NCBI GenBank assembly: GCA_030167145.1
Contig: CP126532.1
Coordinates: 3,870,001 to 3,902,000 of the forward strand
From: Ktedonobacterales bacterium
GTDB taxonomy: Bacteria > Chloroflexota > Ktedonobacteria > Ktedonobacterales > JADMIN01
Length of the DNA stretch: 32,000 nt
Direction: 5' to 3'
Shown piece after piece: positions 15,347 through 23,231 of the stretch. Under the pieces are notes generated by a model. That model searched no databases and was not told the DNA's origin. It saw only the letters and a program-made list of their open reading frames with translations. A program made the translations under genes and the position numbers. Position 1 is the stretch's first letter, and each line of letters starts with the position of its first letter.

Positions 15347-16258
15347 CTAGCCGCGGAAGGCGTTGCTGGCGATGAAGATCAGGTTGGCGGGACGCTCGGC
15401 CATGCGACGGGTGAGGTAGGGATACCATTGGGTGCCGTAGGGAATGTAGACGCGGACGTTGTAGCCCTCACGCGCGAGTTTCTCTTGGAGGTCGCGGCGG
15501 ATGCCGTAGAGCATCTGGAACTCGAAGCGGGCTTTGCTGATGTCGTGCGCGGCGGCGAAGCGTTTGGTTTCGGCGATGATGTGCTCGTCGTGGGTGGCGA
15601 TGGCGGGATAGGCGCCGCGTTCGAGCAGGGCGTGCATACATTCGACATACTTGGCGTCTACGTCGGCTTTGCGCGGATAGGCGATGGCGGACGGCTCCAG
15701 ATACGCGCCCTTGACGAGGCGCACGCGCGTATTGGTGGCGATCAGCGCTTCTACGTCTTTGGGGGTGCGGTGGAGCATGGATTGCAGCACGGTTCCAACC
15801 TGGTCGAAGTCTTTGCGTAGCTCCAGCACGAAATCCATGGTGCGCTGGGTGTAGGCTGAGCCTTCCATATCCAGGCGGACGAAGATGTTGAGGTCGCGGG
15901 CGCGGCGCATGAGCAGCAGCAGGTTTTCGCGGCAGAGGTCTTCGCTGATGTCGAGGCCGAGCGCGGTGAGCTTGATGGAGATGTTGGCTTCGACGCCTTC
16001 GGCGCTGATGCGGTCGAGGATGGTGATGTAACCCTGGGCGGTGGCGCGGGCCTCGGCGGCGTCGGCGACGTTTTCGCCAAGGTGATCGAGTGAGACGCTG
16101 ATATGCTGCTGGTTGAGCGGACGGGTGGCGGCGATGGCGTCGTCGAGGGTTTCGCCGGCGACAAAGCGGCGTGACATGCGGCGGGCCGCGCCGTTGGTGC
16201 TGACGAAGCGGCGAATGCTCTCTTGCCGCGCCAGGTACAACATCGTATCTTTCAGCAT
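15347..16258 (-). CDS. Proline dehydrogenase (monofunctional PutA-like)
   Basis: GAGGAG lies upstream of the ATG. At 303 aa, with VSLDHLGENV...ISIKLTALG...VRLVKGAY...YGIRRDLQ...YIPYG, it is typical of monofunctional PRODH as I recall it. Confidence 0.85.
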   Translation of the reverse strand: MLKDTMLYLARQESIRRFVSTNGAARRMSRRFVAGETLDDAIAATRPLNQQHISVSLDHLGENVADAAEARATAQGYITILDRISAEGVEANISIKLTALGLDISEDLCRENLLLLMRRARDLNIFVRLDMEGSAYTQRTMDFVLELRKDFDQVGTVLQSMLHRTPKDVEALIATNTRVRLVKGAYLEPSAIAYPRKADVDAKYVECMHALLERGAYPAIATHDEHIIAETKRFAAAHDISKARFEFQMLYGIRRDLQEKLAREGYNVRVYIPYGTQWYPYLTRRMAERPANLIFIASNAFRG

Positions 16259-16335
16259 GTCGGGTCTCCTCGTCGTTGAGTGAGCGCATCAGCGGACTTC
16301 AGCGAATCGTGCGAACGGCGCAACGCGCCACTCCT

Positions 16336-16363
16336 AGTATACATCTGCTGAAAAGCCGTGCAA
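16336..16363 (-). promoter_or_regulatory. Candidate sigma-70 promoter for the proline dehydrogenase gene
   Basis: The - strand reads TTGCAC - 16 nt - TATACT, about 75 nt upstream of the ATG at 16258. Confidence 0.35.
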
Positions 16364-16474
16364 ACGGGTGGGCGCACTCGGCTATACATGGCCGGAGCAT
16401 GGCGGCGAAGGGGCATGCATGCCGAAGAATCGCGTGCGGGCGGAAGCGCTGTGGGCAAGCTCTTGTGCCACGGG

Positions 16475-17707
16475 TCACGAGCACGTGACGGTGTAGGCGA
16501 CGCTGGCGGAGCCGTCGGCGGAGGTGATGGCGAATGTGCCGTGCGCCGCTTTGCGGCTGGTGACTTTCACGGTGATGGTGGCGGTTGCGCCGGGTTTGAG
16601 TGTGCCGTGCATGGCGGAGAGGCTGAGGCCGCTGGGGGCTTTGGTTGACCAGTTCAGCAGCGTTGCGCCGGTGTTCTTCAGTGTCAGGGTGAGCGCGGCG
16701 CTCTTGCCGGTGCAGGTCAGCGCCAGTTTGGTGGGCGTGACGGCGAGGTGCGAGACTGGTGTGGGGATGGGCGTTGGCGCCGCCGAATGGGTGGCGTAGG
16801 CCAGCAGCGCCGTGCCACCCGCGAGCGACAGCACGGCGACGGCGACCACGATCCACTGGAAGGGGCGAAGCCGCTGCGCCTGCTGGCGTATACGTTGTTG
16901 TGTCCGCGTGAGCGTTGCGGCCAGGCTGCGCGGGCGCGCCGTGCTGTCGCTTGTTGTCGCCGCGCCGAAGGCGAGCGATTGGCGTCCCGCTGCCAGATAG
17001 TCGCGCAGGCGCAACGGACGCGACGCCTCATCGGTGGCTGAATCGGTGGCTGGCGGCGGTGATGATGGCGCGGCTGCCACTGCTGCCACCGCTGGCTCTC
17101 CCGGCGCAGGTGGCACGGCTGGCTGAGGGGCGGAGGTGGGTGCGGGCTTGGGCTTGGCTGCGGGTGGGGCGTCGAGCGTGCGCCATTCCTCGCGGGTCAG
17201 CGGGCGGATGAAAGGGCCGAGCGCTTCGAGGTCGCCCAGGGCGCGGGCCATGCTATCGAGCTTCGCGCCCGCGCGTCCATCGGCGAGTGCGCGCTCCAGC
17301 GGGGCGTCGCTGCGTTCGCGGGCGGGCACGAGCCGCAGCCGCTGTGCGACGATCCGCAGCGCGCGGACGACATCGAGCAGAATCAGCGTCTCATTGAGGA
17401 ATTCGCCGAAGGCAGTTGCGTCGCCACGCAGCCAGTGCGGTCCATTGCCAGCGGAGAACTCGGCCGCACGGGAGACGAGGGCATCGAGCGTGATGTCGGG
17501 GAATTGGTCGGAGAGCCGCGAGAGGCGCGCATCATCGGCGAGCCATTCGCGTGCGGGCAGCCCTGCCGCAACGATGGCGTTGCCAAACTGGGTGACGGCT
17601 TTGTGCAACTCGTCGAGCAGCTTGAGTGTTTCTTCCATTACCTTCGGCGCGTTGGAGAGCGCGGCATATTCGTCGGTCAAACCTTCTGACGAAAACTCGT
17701 CGTCCAT
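16475..17707 (-). CDS. Single-pass membrane protein: cytoplasmic helical domain, Pro/Ala-rich linker, TM helix, extracellular Ig-like beta domain
   Basis: The TM helix is FQWIVVAVAVLSLAGGTALLAYA. The C-terminal roughly 95 aa has an alternating beta pattern (LALTCTGKSAALTLTLKNTG...ATATITVKV...ASVAYTVTC). The start is uncertain: candidates are 17707 or 17731. The listed start at 17773 reads through a REP copy. Confidence 0.6.
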   Translation of the reverse strand: MDDEFSSEGLTDEYAALSNAPKVMEETLKLLDELHKAVTQFGNAIVAAGLPAREWLADDARLSRLSDQFPDITLDALVSRAAEFSAGNGPHWLRGDATAFGEFLNETLILLDVVRALRIVAQRLRLVPARERSDAPLERALADGRAGAKLDSMARALGDLEALGPFIRPLTREEWRTLDAPPAAKPKPAPTSAPQPAVPPAPGEPAVAAVAAAPSSPPPATDSATDEASRPLRLRDYLAAGRQSLAFGAATTSDSTARPRSLAATLTRTQQRIRQQAQRLRPFQWIVVAVAVLSLAGGTALLAYATHSAAPTPIPTPVSHLAVTPTKLALTCTGKSAALTLTLKNTGATLLNWSTKAPSGLSLSAMHGTLKPGATATITVKVTSRKAAHGTFAITSADGSASVAYTVTCS

Positions 17708-17747
17708 CGTCCCCCCGTCACCTGTCCCCATTGTCTGTCTTCGCCAC

Positions 17748-17770
17748 GGGCGTCCGCTGGACGCCCCTAC
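17748..17770 (+). repeat. REP-like hairpin element
   Basis: GGGCGTCCGCTGGACGCCCCTAC, located in the divergent intergenic region. Confidence 0.85.
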
Positions 17771-17985
17771 CAATCCACATCACTCGCATTGTACACATAT
17801 CATTCGTCCCTGGCTACTCAGGCTACCCACTTGTGCTGATGCTCGTATGCTGCCGCGCGTGGTATGCTGTTTGGTAGGGGTATGTGATGAGAGTGGAATG
17901 CATATTGGTACATCGGTGAGATGATGCGGGGTATGGAAAGTAGTGGCATACAAGGACGGCATTGGAGGAAATTGGAGAGATTGCT

Positions 17986-19107
17986 ATGACTCAGAGAGCA
18001 GAGAGTAATGAGTTAACACAGGCGAATGGGCACAACGGGCACGACGGAGGAAATGGTCGGAATGGGCGTTGTACCTATGGCATTGGGGCCAGCGACTTGC
18101 TGGATGGGCATATTCAGCCGCTGAGCGTCTTGCCGGAGGACGGCATCAGGCGGCCACGCTGGCGCGGCTATACGGCGTTCGTGCTCTCTGGCGGGGGCGC
18201 GCGGGGGGCGTTGCAGGTTGGCGGGCTGCGGGCACTGCTGGAAGCGGGTGAGCGGCCAGATGTAATCGTGGGGACATCTATCGGCGCGTGGAATGGCGCG
18301 GTGCTGGCGCGGACGCCGACGCTCGAAGGGGTGGACATCATCGAACGGGCGTGGCGCCGGGCGCACCCGACACGGGTGTTGCTGGGCACCGATCCGCCGC
18401 TGAGTTCGTCGTCGCAGGCGCTGGCGGGGATGCGGCTGCTGACGGCGGTGCGCCGCCTGGCAGGGGGGCAGCCGTCGCTCTATGGCGATGCGGGTATGCG
18501 GCAGTTTCTGGCGCAACTCGTCGGCGACACGACATTCGAGGATGTGCCAGTGCCGCTGCGGGTGATCGCGACGGACATCACCCATGGCACACGCGCCATC
18601 TTCGGCTCAGGTCCGGTCGCGCCCGCTGTGCTGGCGTCGTCGGCGATTCCGGGGATCTTTCCGCCGGTGCGTATCGGCGATAGTGTGTATGTGGATGGCG
18701 GGGCGCTGGATAACGCGAGCATCGAGACGGCGTTGCGGATGGGCGCGCGGCGCCTCTTCGTGCTGGATGTGGGCTACGATGAAGGCGGTACGGGGTCGTG
18801 GCTGTGGTCGGAGGCGCAGGCGGAGGAGACGACGCGCCGCCGCAACCTGGGGATGCTGGCTATCGCGGCGGTGCTGGAACGCACAACACAGGTGGTCAGC
18901 CGCTATCAACTCGACCGCGCGCTGAAGCATATTCCGCGCGGGGTGGAGGCGCATGTGCTGCGGATGGGCGTGAGCAGCGGCGGCGCGCTGGACTTCGAGA
19001 AGGCTGGCGAGTGGATTGATCGCGGCTATGCGATCACCCGCGACTATCTGGAACTGGCGAGCGGGCAGCGCGAGCAGGAGCCGACCGAGGCGGTGAGCGC
19101 GCCGTAG
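17986..19107 (+). CDS. Patatin-like phospholipase
   Basis: GGAGAGA lies upstream of the ATG at 17986. Contains the oxyanion motif SGGGARG, the nucleophile motif GTSIG (GxSxG) and the catalytic Asp motif VDGGALDN. Confidence 0.85.
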   Translation: MTQRAESNELTQANGHNGHDGGNGRNGRCTYGIGASDLLDGHIQPLSVLPEDGIRRPRWRGYTAFVLSGGGARGALQVGGLRALLEAGERPDVIVGTSIGAWNGAVLARTPTLEGVDIIERAWRRAHPTRVLLGTDPPLSSSSQALAGMRLLTAVRRLAGGQPSLYGDAGMRQFLAQLVGDTTFEDVPVPLRVIATDITHGTRAIFGSGPVAPAVLASSAIPGIFPPVRIGDSVYVDGGALDNASIETALRMGARRLFVLDVGYDEGGTGSWLWSEAQAEETTRRRNLGMLAIAAVLERTTQVVSRYQLDRALKHIPRGVEAHVLRMGVSSGGALDFEKAGEWIDRGYAITRDYLELASGQREQEPTEAVSAP

Positions 19108-19164
19108 CTGGTTGGATGGGAGTTGCGCGCCATTGCTGGCCCGCCTTCTGCACAATGTTGGCGA

Positions 19165-19216
19165 TTGAAACCGCGCGACGGGCGTCCGCCGGACGCCCCT
19201 CCGGACGCCCCTACAG
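19165..19216 (+). repeat. Composite REP element: TTGAAACCGCGCGAC module plus hairpin with a duplicated 3' arm
   Basis: TTGAAACCGCGCGAC GGGCGTCCGCCGGACGCCCCT CCGGACGCCCCTACAG. The 3' arm and tail occur twice. Confidence 0.85.
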
Positions 19217-19302
19217 AAGCGTGGCGCCGCGAAGTTGGTCTGCGGGGATGCGGCGAGATTGACTTTAGGTGGCAGAGTCGGCGAGACGCCAGGAGGCGAC
19301 GC

Positions 19303-20088
19303 ATGGCCAGCAGCGAGTATTATCGCGCAGCGCAAGTGCCGGCGCGTGTGCCACAAGCGCGGCAGGCGCAGCCTCGGCAGCAGCCGCGTGGGGATGAGAT
19401 GGTGCGGTATGCGCTGCGGCTGTTGGATAGCTACGCGCTGGTGCTGGCGCTGCTGGTGGTGGATTACCTGGCGTTCGCGGCATGGGGTGGTGCGCCGTGG
19501 GGGAGCGTGGTGGTGGTCCTCTTGATTGGCACGACGCTGCTGCTGGCGATCCAAATTTCACGTGCGGGGCAGATTTGGATTTTGCTGGCGGGGCTGTGTT
19601 TCAGCGCGGGTGCGCTGGCTGCCGTGACGAATGCGCTGGTAGGCAGCGCCAATGTGAACGGCACGGCTTTCAAGGTGGTGTATTATCTCGCGGGCGGCGC
19701 GCTGCTGCTGATCGCGGCGCTGGCGATTCTGAATCGCATTGGTAGGTATGTGGTGGTGCGGTTGGATCCGCTGCTGGGCGCACTGTGTGTGTATATGATG
19801 TTCAGCATATGCTTCGCGTTCGTCTTTTCAGGCGTCGCGCCGCTGACGCCGCAGGGATTTTTCGTGGGGCATGCGCAGGCGAGTAGCAACGAGTATCTGT
19901 TCTTCAGCTTTGGCATGCTGACGACGACGGGTGGCGGGGACCTCGCGCCCGCTGGCGGAGTGGGGCGAACACTGGCGAGCATCGAGATGCTGCTGGGCGT
20001 GTGCTATGTGGCGCTGGTGGTGGCGCGGCTGGCGGCGCTGTGGGTGGCGGGGAAGCGACCCGGAGGCAGAACGCCAGCCGCGAGATAG
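19303..20088 (+). CDS. Ion-channel protein (two-TM pore / Ion_trans_2-like) with atypical filter TTTGGGD
   Basis: AGGAGG lies 6 nt before the ATG at 19303. The listed start at 19123 reads through the REP element. Several TM helices are followed by YLFFSFGMLTTTGGGDLAP and an inner helix (LASIEMLLGVCYVALVVARL), which is the K-channel pore architecture. Confidence 0.7.
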   Translation: MASSEYYRAAQVPARVPQARQAQPRQQPRGDEMVRYALRLLDSYALVLALLVVDYLAFAAWGGAPWGSVVVVLLIGTTLLLAIQISRAGQIWILLAGLCFSAGALAAVTNALVGSANVNGTAFKVVYYLAGGALLLIAALAILNRIGRYVVVRLDPLLGALCVYMMFSICFAFVFSGVAPLTPQGFFVGHAQASSNEYLFFSFGMLTTTGGGDLAPAGGVGRTLASIEMLLGVCYVALVVARLAALWVAGKRPGGRTPAAR

Positions 20089-20207
20089 AGTTGTATTTCT
20101 TGCGACTTTTGTCAGCAATCGCTACGTAAAATAACTCTGCTCGCCTGTAATAATAGCCGGATATATGTAAAGTAAGAATGAATTTCTCGATGAGTTTTAC
20201 CAGCCCC

Positions 20208-20236
20208 TTGACAAACTCTAAAGGTCCAGCTATACT
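20208..20236 (+). promoter_or_regulatory. Near-consensus sigma-70 promoter: TTGACA, 17-nt spacer, TATACT
   Basis: TTGACA is at 20208-20213, the spacer is exactly 17 nt, and TATACT is at 20231-20236. It is preceded by about 110 nt of AT-rich sequence in an otherwise GC-rich genome. Confidence 0.55.
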
Positions 20237-20251
20237 CCTTTCAACCTATAG

Positions 20252-20276
20252 AAAGGAGGCAGAAAATATGAGATAA
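20252..20276 (+). other. Strong SD followed by a 2-codon mini-ORF (ATG AGA TAA)
   Basis: AAAGGAGG at 20252-20259, then an 8-nt spacer, then ATG at 20268, AGA and TAA (20274-20276). The repeat array starts at the very next base. Confidence 0.4.
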
Positions 20277-20635
20277 GCACCTCACCGATAGGCCTTGGCA
20301 GGACTCCCGTTTGTTTGATCCCTTCGCACCTCACCGATAGGCCTTGGCAGGACTCCCGTTTGTTTGATCCCTTCGCACCTCACCGATAGGCCTTGGCAGG
20401 ACTCCCGTTTGTTTGATCCCTTCGCACCTCACCGATAGGCCTTGGCAGGACTCCCGTTTGTTTGATCCCTTCGCACCTCACCGATAGGCCTTGGCAGGAC
20501 TCCCGTTTGTTTGATCCCTTCGCACCTCACCGATAGGCCTTGGCAGGACTCCCGTTTGTTTGATCCCTTCGCACCTCACCGATAGGCCTTGGCAGGACTC
20601 CCGTTTGTTTGATCCCTTCGCACCTCACCGATAGG
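20277..20635 (+). repeat. Perfect tandem array: seven full copies plus a 16-nt partial copy of a 49-bp unit; non-coding
   Basis: The unit is GCACCTCACCGATAGGCCTTGGCAGGACTCCCGTTTGTTTGATCCCTTC. Units start at 20277, 20326, 20375, 20424, 20473, 20522 and 20571, with a partial copy at 20620-20635. I read no mismatches. A length of 49 is not a multiple of 3, and stop codons occur on both strands. Confidence 0.95.
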
Positions 20636-20682
20636 CGCGAAGGGGGTAGGTTTGTCATGTTTACAGGAAGGGAACACTTTAG

Positions 20683-21765
20683 ATGCGAAGAACGTTGACA
20701 TGGAAGCTCACACTCCTAGTGAGCACCATCGTTGCCGCTTGCGTGGTCTCGTTTACGTCCGCCGTGTATGCGGGAGCGCCGAATTCGCCGCAGAATCTCT
20801 CGATGGGTGGTTGGACTGGTGGGCCAGGCCCGACGACCGTCCAGGATCCACAATGGGTCGCCTTGAAGCTGGCGCATCGAATCCGCTCCGGCGTTCTACC
20901 GGGTCAGGCAAAGGGCACGGCTGCTCATCCCTATGTTACCGCAGCATCCGTCGTGCCGCTGACGCCTAGTTCCTGGGAACTGACCCTCAACAATCCAGTG
21001 CCAACCATTTGGGAGCCTGGTAGTGGATGCACAGGTTGCTCGAATTTCGGATCAGGTACCGCGAACTATGACGACGCCAGACACACCTACTCTGCCAGTG
21101 CCTTTCCGAAGCTCTGCGGACCGGGCGCCGCCGACGTTGCGCTCTACTACTGGCCGGCCCCTCCCAATTTGTGGAACAACCCCAGCGTAACAGACACCTG
21201 GGATGGGGGAACTCCCACCACATGGAACGGATACGATGTTGACAGCGTGGCTCGCACACGCGGTTACATGATGAAGCTCGCCTGGCAGATCAAGGCGCCG
21301 ACCTGGTCTGCTTCTGGTATGATGAACGCGCAGCCTAAGAGTTCGGCTGTTTGGCTCCAGGTCGTGCGTGATGCCTTGAATTGGGAGGCATCTGGCGAGA
21401 ACACCAGCAACTGGACCAACTACATCTACGTCGTCGTATGGTATCCCGGCCAAGGTCAGACCGACTTCCACAACGATGTAGTTGGCGACATCTACACCAA
21501 TAACGTACCAGTTGTAGCCGAAGTCAACGCGCAGATGATGCCCAACTGGACCAACAATGGCGGCCGGACAAATCACTACATCACGATCATCGGCTACGAC
21601 GACAACGCAGGCATCTATTACTATACCGACACATGTGGCCACAGTACAGGATGTGGCTCAAAGTATGACGGTGGTGTCCGTACTGCATCTCAGACGACAG
21701 TGTGGAACGCCATCACCAACATCCCATATAACCAGAGCACTGGTGATGGCGGTTGGATCTGGTAA
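20683..21765 (+). CDS. Secreted papain-fold cysteine peptidase-like protein (C39-like domain)
   Basis: The SD GGAAGGGA lies 9 nt before the ATG. The signal peptide is MRRTLTWKLTLLVSTIVAACVVSFTSAVYA/GA. A candidate catalytic Cys sits in KLCGPGAADVALYYW and a candidate His in TNHYITIIGYDDNAGIYYYTD, which is the C39-like pattern as I recall it. GC3 is lower than in the flanking genes. Confidence 0.65.
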   Translation: MRRTLTWKLTLLVSTIVAACVVSFTSAVYAGAPNSPQNLSMGGWTGGPGPTTVQDPQWVALKLAHRIRSGVLPGQAKGTAAHPYVTAASVVPLTPSSWELTLNNPVPTIWEPGSGCTGCSNFGSGTANYDDARHTYSASAFPKLCGPGAADVALYYWPAPPNLWNNPSVTDTWDGGTPTTWNGYDVDSVARTRGYMMKLAWQIKAPTWSASGMMNAQPKSSAVWLQVVRDALNWEASGENTSNWTNYIYVVVWYPGQGQTDFHNDVVGDIYTNNVPVVAEVNAQMMPNWTNNGGRTNHYITIIGYDDNAGIYYYTDTCGHSTGCGSKYDGGVRTASQTTVWNAITNIPYNQSTGDGGWIW

Positions 21766-21790
21766 TCAATCCGCGTTGGGCTGAGCGAGA

Positions 21791-21822
21791 CACGTTCGTC
21801 AGCATCACTGCTGACGAACGTG
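21791..21822 (+). terminator. Perfect 14-bp stem hairpin after the peptidase gene
   Basis: CACGTTCGTCAGCA TCAC TGCTGACGAACGTG, located 26 nt after the stop. There is no U-tract, so it could be a terminator or a processing or stability hairpin. Confidence 0.5.
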
Positions 21823-21933
21823 CGCCATCAAAGTTTCCGCAGAGAAGAAGATGCCACGCAAGCTGTTACAGGCTGGCTGGTTAGCCCATGAGGCACTGCA
21901 GCCTGCTACCTCGTGAGAAGGGATAAAGTAGCC

Positions 21934-23154
21934 ATGCCCAAGAGGATCCATAGATTACATTTGCTGGTGGAACGCACATATGCCAGACCAATCGCCCGAT
22001 CTCTCCATTGGGCTGCCATCTTGCCGCTACTCACTCTGCTAGTTGCCGGATGCGCCCAAACGGCGGCACAGCGCCGCCCAACCACACAGTCGCCTCCCTC
22101 TCCGACGTTTGCGTCCACCACCACACCAACCCCGCCTCCCAACTTGCCGACGTTCTCCGATTGGCGTGTGGCGTATCAGTCCCCAGACGGTATTCTGCAT
22201 GCAATTACTCTTGATGGCAAGACAGATGTTGCTGGCCCGCTCCTGCCAGGATTGATCACTACTGGTAATCAAAGCACGAGCGCGGGTGCCTCGCCCAATG
22301 GCCAGATGCTCGCCTATGACGGGGACGGAGGCTTGGTGATTCTAGGGATGAGTGCGGATGCCATTGGCAGCACTAATGCGCGGGTTGCAGGAATGTATGA
22401 AATGTTCTGGTCGCCAGATGGCAGTCAGGTGGCGATTAGCGATGGTGTCGGAGGTCTCTCGGTAGTGGTCCCTGCCTCTGGCCAACCCAGGCCGATCCCA
22501 AGCCCACATGGGCATGTACTCGGCCATCTCATCGGTTGGATTGATGGTGGCCACCTTGCGGTTGAGGTGGTCAATTCTGCGACGGCAGCCACGGTCGGCG
22601 CGCTCGATGTGATCACTGGCGAATTGCGGATTATTGCGACGATTCATTCCTCCGAATTGGGCACCTACACGTACTCGCTTTCTCCTGATGGCAAGACGCT
22701 GCTCTTCTCCAATTCGATCTTGGGGAACGACCCGTATACACCGCTGGTCGCCAAGATTGATACTGCCACCGGTGTAATTACCCCATTACCACGTATTGCA
22801 AACATCAACCGATATTCGGGATTCACAAGCGCGGCCTGGCGACCGGGCACAGAAAAAATTGCGGTCTCCACTGGCTTTACGGCAAACGGCGATCTGAAGT
22901 CCTGGGTGCTAGATCTGCGCAACGACACGGCTACCCACCTGTTAGATGGCCAGTATGTGGACGGCTGGGCACCAGATAATGGGCCTTTGATTCTCACAGT
23001 GTCGCAAAAAATGCCCGATAACGACATAGTTATTGGTGGGGGGCCGTTCACCATCACTGCTGCGACGATCTCCTCGAATGGGCAGGTCTCGACGACCGTT
23101 CTCACTCAGCAGGCGATGACGTTTCCGTTCATTGGATTCGTGCGCACTGCCTGA
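21934..23154 (+). CDS. Lipoprotein with TolB/PD40-like beta-propeller repeats
   Basis: ATG at 21934. A lipobox is present (LLTLLVAGC). A Pro/Thr linker is followed by repeated motifs SPNGQMLAY, WSPDGSQVAISD, SLSPDGKTLLFS and AWRPGTEKIAVS. Confidence 0.7.
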   Translation: MPKRIHRLHLLVERTYARPIARSLHWAAILPLLTLLVAGCAQTAAQRRPTTQSPPSPTFASTTTPTPPPNLPTFSDWRVAYQSPDGILHAITLDGKTDVAGPLLPGLITTGNQSTSAGASPNGQMLAYDGDGGLVILGMSADAIGSTNARVAGMYEMFWSPDGSQVAISDGVGGLSVVVPASGQPRPIPSPHGHVLGHLIGWIDGGHLAVEVVNSATAATVGALDVITGELRIIATIHSSELGTYTYSLSPDGKTLLFSNSILGNDPYTPLVAKIDTATGVITPLPRIANINRYSGFTSAAWRPGTEKIAVSTGFTANGDLKSWVLDLRNDTATHLLDGQYVDGWAPDNGPLILTVSQKMPDNDIVIGGGPFTITAATISSNGQVSTTVLTQQAMTFPFIGFVRTA

Positions 23155-23184
23155 CGATTGCGGGGATGTTTACAGACATGCGGC

Positions 23185-23217
23185 CTGCTGGCAATCTCTC
23201 AATGAGGCTGCCAGCAG
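23185..23217. terminator. Hairpin between convergent genes (possible bidirectional terminator)
   Basis: CTGCTGGCA - 15-nt loop - TGCCAGCAG, lying between the stop at 23154 (+) and the stop at 23232 (-). Confidence 0.35.
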
Positions 23218-23231
23218 TACGGACTTTCACA

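Noticed and set aside
20277-20635. The 49-bp repeat array as a CRISPR array
   Set aside because: The units are directly abutting and identical, with no unique spacers. No cas genes or leader-like organisation are present in the window.
20277-20635. The 49-bp repeat array as a repetitive protein-coding region
   Set aside because: The unit length is not divisible by 3, and the unit carries TAG and TGA on the + strand and TGA on the - strand. Every frame on both strands therefore terminates within three units. The supplied track shows no ORF there.
20652-20969. A 105-aa ORF overlapping the 5' end of the peptidase gene in another frame
   Set aside because: The 20683 frame has a proper SD, a signal peptide and a continuous 360-aa product. 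The alternative frame has none of these.
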